Both the position numbers and the translations under genes were made by a program. Shown piece by piece: positions 12,249-21,642 of a stretch of DNA of 64,000 bases (position 1 is the stretch's first letter; each line of letters begins with the position of its first letter). The stretch is from Catajapyx aquilonaris (taxonomy: Eukaryota), in contig KZ538289.1 of the NCBI GenBank assembly GCA_000934665.2, forward strand, positions 62,001-126,000. The letters run 5' to 3'. A model generated the notes under the pieces. It was not told where the DNA came from. It did no database searches and saw nothing but the letters and a program-made list of their open reading frames with translations.

Positions 12249-12498
12249 CATGGTGTTAATTCTAAGCGTGTCACCAGAAAAGGTGGTGGTAGAGGGCGCA
12301 GGTGTGAGCATTTTTGCATAAGGAACTAGGGGTCGGAAACGCATCCTCACCAAGTTACGCCCCTTTCAAGTTTGCGGCAGGCGGCGGAGTGACTCGGTGA
12401 GGGTGCGTTTCCGACCCCTAGTTCCTTAAGCAAAAATGCTCACACCTGCGCCCTCTACCACCACCTTTTCTGGTTACACGCTTAGGATTAACACCCTG
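12249..12498. mobile_element. Tc1/mariner-type palindromic MITE
   Basis: TA-CA(T/G)GGTGTTAAT termini, ~110-bp near-perfect arms, TA on both sides. Confidence 0.88.
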
Positions 12499-13414
12499 TA
12501 TTATACTATCCTTCAACTTCCTTTCCCGCTCACAGGGAGACCGAGAATACTGGAGGGAGGGAGGGGGGTGATTTTCGCATCTGTCACTGATCTAAGTCAC
12601 TCAAAGTCATACTTTTTCTGGTATATTTGGCAACAAAGAGGCACTATACAAGAACGTTTTTAAAAATTAATTGACTTTTCCTCATTCTCCTTATTGTGGA
12701 CTTGTACCAAATCAGGCTATTGCAGACGCCTATTGGCTGGCTTATGTCGAGCAGAATAAGCAGGAACGATGCGTGTGTGTGTGTGTGTGTTCTGGTGGAG
12801 GTCGTGACCTAGGCTCCTTGTTCCAGGCCACTTGGTGGATGCGGTCAGCACGCAGAGGTCGACAAGTGGATTCCAGGCGTTCAACTTCAACCCCTTTTAA
12901 CCCCTAGCAAGGGCTGGCCCCCCACCCCCGAATGGGGTCATTCCGCTCCCAACGAAACTAGGTTGTAACGCTTCATGCACAACAGAGCAAATTTCAGTCC
13001 TATTTGCCCTGCATCTAGCGCACTCGTATATGTATGTACATGTGCGTGTTTGGATAACTGTTACATGTTAAGCCCCCTCCATTGCGATGGCATACGCGAA
13101 AGCGACATTTTTGAACTGGCGGGATTGCCTTTGATCTCATGACCCGGGGTTGCCACATGGGCCGGCAGGGCTTTGCATCCGCCCGGACCCGGCCAGCTAT
13201 AACCGCGACAACAATGCTTGTTTGTTCAAGAGTGTTTACGGATGCAACGGGTTGGGGGGACTGGTGTTGGGCCATGTTGGGTTGGGTTGGGTTTATGGGA
13301 TGAGCTGGTTATGCTGGGTTATGCACAGCGGGCTGGCATGGTGGAGGCCAAGAGTAAACTCCCATGCTCACCTTCGCAATAGGCACATTCTGTCAGAGTT
13401 GGAGTGAAATTCAT

Positions 13415-13520
13415 GTACCGATTCATGTACCGACTTGGAGGCGTTATTTTGTGAAAATACCGTCTAAAAGTCAGCACTGTAGACGGTATTTGACATCCAA
13501 GTCGGTACATGAATAGGTAC
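13415..13520. repeat. Inverted repeat
   Basis: gtaccgattcatgtaccgacttgga ... tccaagtcggtacatgaataggtac. Confidence 0.75.
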
Positions 13521-13529
13521 CATTTTCAA

Positions 13530-14056
13530 GTCAGTACTGCTAGCGACATTCTCTGTTGCGGCAGAAGTGCAAATCTGAGCCGTGCGAGTAAGAAGAGGTA
13601 GGCCTTGAGTGACGTCACCGGCTGGAGGGCAATGGGGAAAAGGTCTGTCGTGTCCCCCAGCCAGTGACTAGGGCTGTGCGATATTTCGATACGATATTTT
13701 GCTAATATCGAAGTTGCGATATCCAACGCTTGGCATGTGCGATGAATCGAATATTGCTATTTTTCGATGTCGGCTTTCGATTTTCTTGGATATCGGTTTT
13801 CGCTATTTTTCGATCTCGGTTCGATGTCGGTTTTCAATGTCGGTTTTTCGATTTTCTATATATCGAATTCGATTCGATATTTTTGAGTATCGAAAGTCGA
13901 TATGCAATTTCGGATATCGCACAGCCCTACCAGTGACGTCACTCAAGGGCTACCATTTCTTACTCGCACGGCTCGCACTCTACCACTTCAATTTGTACGT
14001 CTGCCGCATCGGAAAATGTCGCTAGCAATATGACGGAATTAATGTCCAGCACTGTA
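13530..14056. mobile_element. Palindromic TA-flanked MITE (CAGTGCTGGACATTAAT terminus) hosting a hAT MITE
   Basis: Arms gagccgtgcgagtaagaa...ccttgagtgacgtcac / gtgacgtcactcaaggg...ttcttactcgcacggctc. Same family at 29279-29890. Confidence 0.75.
13669..13929. mobile_element. hAT-like MITE, copy 2 (opposite orientation to 11726-12016)
   Basis: TAGGGCTGTGCGATAT / ATATCGCACAGCCCTA with perfect 8-bp TSD ccagtgac at 13661-13668 and 13930-13937. Confidence 0.92.
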
Positions 14057-15479
14057 CTGTACATCCGAAGATGGACTGTTAACAAGTCAGTACCACGTAG
14101 ACGATATATGTTGACCACAACACCGTAGCCGACACATCTTGGTCAACTACCACATATACGCTTCTGCATAACCTGCGGTTCTCACTGATCCGCGGTTTGC
14201 AGTGTTCCAAAAAAAAACTAATGCTAATTGATTACCACAACATACCTTTTCAACCCTCCCATTTTTGGGGGGGTGGAAACCAACCAATGTCGCCATAACG
14301 ACCCCTCCCGCTCTAATAATAATTCTGGTCGGATGATGGTGTCCTGTCGGCAACCTCGACATCCACCCCCTGCCAATATGCTTAGTCACATGACGCTGCT
14401 GATTCATCCCCCCCACATATTGACACGAAGGGTGTCCTCTCCCCCACCCCCTCTGAACTAGTCACGTGGTCACTCCAAGCATAGTCCGTGGCGGGAACAA
14501 TAGATCAGGGCGCCAACTTTAGCGCTCTCCAAAGAGGAGGTGGGGGGGGGGGGGGNGTCACTCCCCGAGACTGCTAGGAAGGGGCTAAGGTCAAACCCCC
14601 ATCCTACGACCTCCGTTCATTACCAGATACCTGCCACAACAATGTGAGAGTTTGCCCACTGCATTGTTTACAAATACCTGAAATCGTAATTAAAATTAAA
14701 ATTCGGTCCAACAATCAAAACAGGCTGCCAGATTGTTGCAAAATTCATGCTGATTGTCAAAGGATGGCATTTTTTATATTAAAAAATGGTTAGCCACTCT
14801 CAACAACATTGGATATGCTCGGGTTAGGGCAACCTGACCTTTGTACCGGATTCCTCTCTAATTTTACCGCTAAACAGGTGAAGGTGAATAATATTTTTAG
14901 TTCCGCTTAATAATGTATAAGTGTTTTAAATATTTTTTTGCTCAGTACAGTACGCCATTTGAACACTCCCAGGTACGTTCATACTACGTGTAATAACACC
15001 CCTGTGTTGAAAGCACCGATATACTGGTATGCGAGTTATAATTAATAAGCGGTGATAATCCCCTGTTTGTTTGGCAGCTGCAGGAGTAAAGTGCGGCTGG
15101 ATATGAACACCAGGCCAGGCCATCCCGCACTTGACGAGTGTAAATGAACTGTTATTTGCGAGCTAGGAATTACCCAAACCGAGGTAACACTCATAATTCA
15201 ATCACGCTGCACGATCGATTTTCAATAATATGTGCAATATATTAATGAGGTAAAGTTAACTTACATCACTAGGCTTGTGTTCACAGCTCCCCCCCCCCTC
15301 CCCCTACTAGTTATGTGAGGGTATGTTTATTTAGGCGGCATGTTTCGGTACATAGGACCCCTGTCCCCTCTCTCTCATTATTGACATCATTATTTCGGAT
15401 GATCGATTATTGTGGGGGGGGGGGGATATTTTGTTGAAAAAACGAGGATGTGTTTAAAAAGGGGCAGGTGCTAAACAAA

Positions 15480-16806
15480 TCTTTATTTTTCTCATCTTAA
15501 ACCTGGAACAATACATTGCACATTGTACTGCCACTTTTTTTTCCCAATAAATCTCTTCACAAAAATGTTAATAAAACTATGATTCACCACTTGGATTTTA
15601 TTACAGGATTAATTATTTTTTTCTGTTTATCACACACCAAAAAAGTGTACTGTATGTGTAACGGCGGCAACATTGCACAAGAGAAGACGAAATAGTCATG
15701 AACAGATCACTTCGGGATGGGTTTGGGTTATTTTTTTTAAAGGGTTGAAAAATGGGGACGAACGTACAGTACCTCTATACACATTGTGACTTACATCATT
15801 TTTTTTAGGGAGGGGGGTAAAACTAGCAACCAACAACAGGTTAAGAAAACAGCTAATACTGCAGTTCTATTGACACCTCGCAGTCACCTTTTTGGGTGGA
15901 TATATTACATATGTATCCTTCCTTTATGGAAGATTTATGGCCGCAGGGGAAAATTGTGAGACAGCCCAACAGTGCTCGTCAAATAATCTTTTTTTTGGTC
16001 AAAATGCAATACTCCTGGTAATTAAATTAACAAAATATATGTGTATGTATAAAGTGAGCAGTTAAGTCCAATTAAATCATGACTTGTAAGTACTTGCTTC
16101 TGTAAGTTACCATTTTTTTTGTTTCAGAGCAAATTGTTAGGATCTACATTTCCGACTAGAAAAATTCACTGAGCTATAAAGCAATATTCCAACTGGTAAC
16201 TTCCACTGTTATTGCTTCTTTTTTTGTCCCAGAAACGCATCCAGACTCTCTCACCGGATAGCACTTTGGCTTACGTAACTTCAAGTATTGCACACGTTCA
16301 ATAGGTGTCAAGCACACCGCTCAAAAAGAAATTAGTAAATAGTCCAGTTAATATCCAACTTTAAATAATCCAGCAATTATGAGCACTAGCACTGCTATCA
16401 TCTTTTCGTTGTGTACGTAATTATAACTATAATACTTTCTTTTGGAATTTTGTCGTACAGCGCTAGTAATAAAACACAACAATAGTACTCGTTTCGAAAT
16501 GCCGATAAAATGTTGGATATTAACTGGATACGAACAAATCAGAACAATGAACAGTACTGGCTTATTCCATATTTTGCAGTTATTAATTTTGCTCCGTTAC
16601 TCCAAAAGTAAACGAAATTGTGACAGACTGTACCGGAATAACCATCGAACTGCGCACTATCGGTAATATTCCAACACATAAGCATAAGCCAGCAATTAAA
16701 GATCCAAGTGACTCACCCTCACTATCAACGTCCAAAAACAAAACGCGTATTTACAACACCATGTCATATTGCAGCGAGCCATGACCAAAAATAACAACCT
16801 ATTCAC

Positions 16807-16866
<60 letters not shown>

Positions 16867-17084
16867 GCCAGCAACATTAGACAAGACTGAACAGATGGGC
16901 TGGTGGGTTGTATTTCACAGGGCACATTCACTGCAGCAGACGCTTCCAGTTTATTAATTATATATCTTCAAATCCTCACTCGGCCTAGTTATATTTACAC
17001 AGAGTAGTAATAGTATTAGTAGTATCACAAACAACGGAGCAAGGTCCCCTTGAACAATAGTCCACGATTGATATGCCAGAGTAT
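15480..17084 (-). other. Probable Runx 3' UTR
   Basis: AT-rich, free of recognisable TEs, follows the stop. AATAAA on minus strand at 16950-16955, 15597-15602 and 15482-15487. The true 3' end cannot be fixed from sequence. Confidence 0.6.
16808..16864. repeat. (TAA)n microsatellite in the Runx 3' UTR
   Basis: About 19 perfect TAA units. Confidence 0.97.
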
Positions 17085-17935
17085 CTAGTAAGGCCTCCAG
17101 ACGGAGGCGTCGGAGTGAGTCCTCCCTGGCACATGCCCCAACGCCCCGAGGCGCTGCGTGGTAGTCTGCTGCGGACTGGGGTCATCGGGGCTCTGGGGCG
17201 CGTGTCCGGAAGGGTTACCGGTCAGGGAGGGTAGCACCGACCGGGAGAGGTTGCCCCCCGTCCCACCTCCGCCTCCAAGAAGGTCAGCCGCGGATGAGGA
17301 TGACCTCTGGTTGATCTGCTCCATGGCACTCTGTAGCTCCGACCCGTGGAGATGGATCTGGTTCTGGCTGACACTGGAGTAGAGCTGGGAGTAGAGGAGA
17401 GAGGCGGGCAGGACGGGGGTGCCCAGGTATAGACTGGTGGTGTTGGGTCCGGAGGCGGACGTGTAGCCCCCTTGGTGGTGGCCCATCAGGGAGAAGTTTG
17501 AGTTGGCTGTGGCGGCGGTACCGGCCAGCAAGGAAGAGACGCTGGTGGCCGTGCTCTGGTGCGCCGAGAGGGTGCCGCCGTGACCGGTGCCGCCCATGCC
17601 CACGCCGCTCCCACCCATACCGCCCATCCCGCCACTGTCCACTCGACTCACCCCGAGGCCAAAGTCAGAGCTGGAGTATCGCGGCACCAGCACGGCCGCG
17701 CTTCTGTCGGCCGAACCCGCTCCCGAGCCGCCGGACGATCCAGAGCCGCCCGAACCGGCGCCTGCCGTGGTGCCTCCGCCGCCTCCCGTTCCGCCTCCGC
17801 CTCCGCCGGACCCGCTCCCTCCGCTGCCTCCGCTGCCTCCCAGGGGGTCCATCTCCGCCTTCAGACGCGTCTCGCCCAGGCCGCCGCTGCCAAAGTCCGC
17901 TCCGCTGCCCGACGACCCCGTCGTGTCAGGGAGTA
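17085..17935 (-). CDS. Runx: Runx terminal coding exon 5 (Gly/Ser-rich region ending in VWRPY)
   Basis: Acceptor ccttccctgctttcag|, phase 1 (LLPDTTGSSG...), ends ...SDASVWRPY-TAG. VWRPY is the RUNX-specific Groucho/TLE recruitment motif. Exons sum to 355+114+150+216+851=1686 nt (561 aa plus stop). Confidence 0.95.
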
Positions 17936-18792
17936 CTGAAAGCAGGGAAGGCACACCGGGGCATGACACCACTGAATTTGACAGAACATGTCCGTAATGG
18001 ACAAGACAATTCCAGAGATGGTCTAGATGATGTGAATATTTGGCCTAAACTCCTTACTGTTCGCATACACGTCACACACACCTGTATGCATAATGTCTAC
18101 CCTACAAATTGAAAGTCAAATGCAACTCCTGACACCCACATGTCCGAAGCAGAAGACTTCGCCACAAAGCGAAATGATCCCTAACGTATCTTATAAATAG
18201 GGTCTCAACAATCAGAGTAAGGTAAACTGCGGTTGTTCCGTGGGACCCCCAACAGTGAGGCCAGCATATAAAAGGAGAGGAACAGAACGCACGAGCCTTT
18301 TTCTAGCGCTGGCTACCCATATCCCTTTCAGCGGTGAGTGCGGTTTTTTGAACATCAGGTTAATAATCCTCTCGAGACCGCTGCAGTCTCCTTTCGCTTG
18401 GGTCAAAATTGATCCGTTCTCGCTGGCAAATGACCCTAACTGGTTGCAGAGGACGGGGGAGGGAAATAGGGGAGAGGAGGGAGGAGAGAGAGGGAGGGAA
18501 AAAAAGGTGAATAGTCCGGAGTTTAGAGTGAAATGGGACCTTGCATTCGAGGTATTTTTCTCACTCGGCGACAGTTGGACACGAGTTTTTTGTGTGGATG
18601 ATTGCAGGTGTGTTGTATTTACAGTATGCGAAATGTATGGCGAAAACTTGATACGATGAAGTTTTCTACATATAAGCTGGTGTGGTATATGTAAAATAAA
18701 ATCTATTATCTTAAATGAATTATTTTTGCACAAATTATAAGGTTTCAAAAACATTGAAATATCGCCAAAATTTGCCAATGTTTTGAATGATG

Positions 18793-19483
18793 AAGTGCAT
18801 AACTATAAAGCATCAAAATCGGACCAAAATAACGTTTTGCATTTTCTAGCCATACAATCCGTTGAGCACAATTAAAATATCTCCATTTCTATTTCTATTT
18901 TTAATAAAAATTGTAAATGAACTATTTTGAATTATGAAACCTGTGAAGTTTGGACACAGCCTTGTTGGACAATTTATATTGAATTTTATTAACAAGCAAT
19001 AACTTATTGAACGTTTTAATAATTAAAAATTGTCAGACAACTAATTATTGTTTTGAATTATGAAACCTGTGAAGTTGGACACATCCCTATGTTGGACAAT
19101 TTCTTTAATAATTAAAAAGTTATATAGGTTAGCTCAAAACCTTCGTCATGAAATTTCCTATAAAATTTATGCTGTTACTTTTTAAATTTTAGCCATTTTT
19201 TAATTTATAAAAATAACCGCGGCCGCGCGCGAGCCCCCGGAAAAGGCTTCGCGACCCCAGGTTGGGAACCACTGGTTAGCTTGATATTTAATAAATCTCA
19301 ATAGAAATTGTCCAACATAGGGATGTGTCCAACATCACAGGTTTCATCATTCAAAATAGCTTATTGACAATTTTTATTTAAAAATATAAATGGCGATATT
19401 TTAATGTGCTTAACGGATTGTATGACTAGAAAATACAATACGTAATTTTGGACCGATTTTGATGATTTATAGTTATGCACTTC
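18793..19483. mobile_element. Long-armed inverted-repeat element with nested pieces, in Runx intron 4
   Basis: Arms gaagtgcataactataaa...ttttctagccatacaatccgtt / aacggattgtatgactagaaaa...tttatagttatgcacttc. Inner tgaaacctgtgaagttggacac arms. Central hAT-Charlie-like end GGTTGGGAACCACTG (19260-19274) with gttagct direct flanks. Confidence 0.8.
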
Positions 19484-20134
19484 CTGTGACTATGCAAACT
19501 TCCTACATTCCCATCTACATATGCATTATCTCGGTGATTTAAAAACCATCGGTTATCCTCCTGGGAAACACACTCCTGCGGGCCAGAATTGAGCACCATT
19601 TGTTCTCTGTTGGCACCCAGTGATTTATAGTCCGGACCTGGCTAAGGGTGAGAAGGGAGTGAAAGTGGTTCGTGGAAGAGTAACTTCCTTTCGCATGCAG
19701 ACTCTATAGACCACCAACCGGCTGATTCTTCTATGTAAAAAAAGACCTGTCTTCGAAGTGGAGGTGGGCCAAGTGGTCAACCCGTTGGGGCCCTCCACAA
19801 ACCCTGGCCCCTAATCGCACACCAGCTGGCGATCAACGACTACCTTGGGCCATTTTGATGACTTCCTCTCAACCCACCCACTAAAACCAACTTATACAGC
19901 GCAGAAGGCTTCCAGGGGAAAAAGAGGGCATTCTGTCCTCCACAGGAGTGCGGGGAGTAATTGCTTCATATCGGTCGTTACGCTGTTTTCTACGGACAAC
20001 CAATCACCCTAATGCGGTCTGTACTTCCCTAGGGTTGGACCACAAGATAGCTCGGTCTGACCAAACTGCCCGATTTTTACACATAAATTGTTGGGCACAC
20101 TGATAGATCACGAGAGTTTATTTAAAATAAGAAT

Positions 20135-20287
20135 TACAGTTAAACCTGTGAAGTTGAACACCTCCCTATGTTGGACACTGACAGTTCCAATGAAAATTGT
20201 CCAACTTTACAGGGTTTATTGTTAAATAAACTGTACGTTGGACAATATTATTGGAACCGTTAGTGTCCACCATTGACAGGTTTCACT
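20135..20287. mobile_element. pogo/Tigger-like MITE, same family as 3148-3395
   Basis: tacagttaaacctgtgaagttgaacacc ... gtgtccaccattgacaggtttcact. Confidence 0.7.
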
Positions 20288-20979
20288 AATTGCACGATTA
20301 AAGCCTGTAGTCACGTTGTTGCTAAGCGGTTAGTGCAGATTCAGCAAGGTATAGGTGCTGAAATCAAAAATTTACCGAGTTGAACATTAAGGGAGAGATA
20401 AAAATTATTCATAATCCTCCACAGTAGCGGCTGCCAAAACTCTCCATTTGCATTATTAAAATAAAACGCTTATTATTCCAACCTCATGTCAGTTACGTGT
20501 TTTTCACCTATCTCCTTTGCCCCTATCTTTATCCCACCCCCAAGTTCTCTCTCTTCTGTTCTTGCCACGGTGTTTCAGCCCACCTATTACTCTCTGCCCC
20601 AAGTTCCCCTTGGGTAACAAGGCGTCACATCCTCACCCAACAAGAACAGAAACCTCATTATCTCTTAATTAAGTCCTCGTTGGTTCCTCCCTTCAACTCC
20701 TCCCTCTTTCCCAAGGCCTGGGGTCTTTGCAGGAGGAGACTGCCCAGAAGGAATTATTGCTCAGATTGGGGGTTGCTGAGGGGAAGAGGAACTCGAGGCA
20801 ATGGAGGTGAGTGAATGCGTCAGGTATAACGATGGAAAGGGGGAAGATTGGGCAAATTGAGTAACCGTTTTTGGTACTTAACGGCCATAGATTGCTCTAA
20901 GCTCTGCTTGTTTTTAATCAGTTATTTTCGTTCAGCTATGGAACATATTGGGTTTGAATAGTAAAGAGATGGTACTTAC

Positions 20980-21195
20980 ACGAAGACATGGAGGCTCCGA
21001 AGCCGTCGTGGGTGGTGGCGCCCTGTCCGTTCAGGTCAGTAGAAAACCCTAGGGTCGGGGCATTGAATCCTCCACTTTGCAAAGATGACGCTGCACATCC
21101 AGACAAACCTCCTCCAAGGTATGGCGAGTAGGCAGAGGCAGAGTAGGAGCCCCAATGACTATTAGCCGCACTCAGACCGAACGCTTGACTCATAT
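20980..21195 (-). CDS. Runx: Runx coding exon 4
   Basis: Acceptor tttctttccag|, (N)MSQAFGLSAANSHWGSYSASAYSPYLGGGLSGCAASSLQSGGFNAPTLGFSTDLNGQGATTHDGFGASMSS, donor GT|GTAAGT. 216 nt, phase 1-1. Confidence 0.88.
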
Positions 21196-21334
21196 CTGGA
21201 AAGAAATGGTTTAAAAACGGTTAAAATGTGGCAAAACTCGCAAAAGCTGCGTGCGCCATCTACTGATTTCATTTCCAACTTATTTCAGAGGCATTGTACA
21301 AATCTGTGCCTGTTACATTTATAATATTAAAATA

Positions 21335-21642
21335 CTCACAAGGGAACGACCAAGGTCGGTCGTCTCGGATTTGGTTGAAACTCGATTAATGGGTCACTCA
21401 TGTGCGATAGACACCGTGATGAAAGTCCTAGATGCCACTGTCCATCCGTTTCCGAGATATGAGTGACAGAAACATCCAAATTTTGGCCGCGCAGCCAAAA
21501 TTCGGGTTTTTTGGTGCTATCTCGGAAACGGCTGGACAGTGGCATCTAGGACTTTCACCATTGTGTCTATCGCACATGAGTGACCCATTAATCGAGTTTC
21601 AATCAAATCGGAGACAACCGACCTTGGTCGTTCCCTTGTCAG
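21335..21642. mobile_element. TA-flanked palindromic MITE in Runx intron 3
   Basis: CTCACAAGGGAACGACCAAGGTCGG / CCGACCTTGGTCGTTCCCTTGTCAG, ~125-bp arms, TA on both sides. Confidence 0.9.

Noticed and set aside
17498..18112. Plus-strand Pro/Arg/Ala-rich ORFs of 126-204 aa
   Set aside because: Antisense shadows of the GC-rich, Gly-coding Runx exon 5.
18212..18778. 188-aa minus-strand ORF in Runx intron 4 as an extra exon
   Set aside because: No convincing phase-1 acceptor and donor pair; composition reflects pyrimidine and AT tracts.
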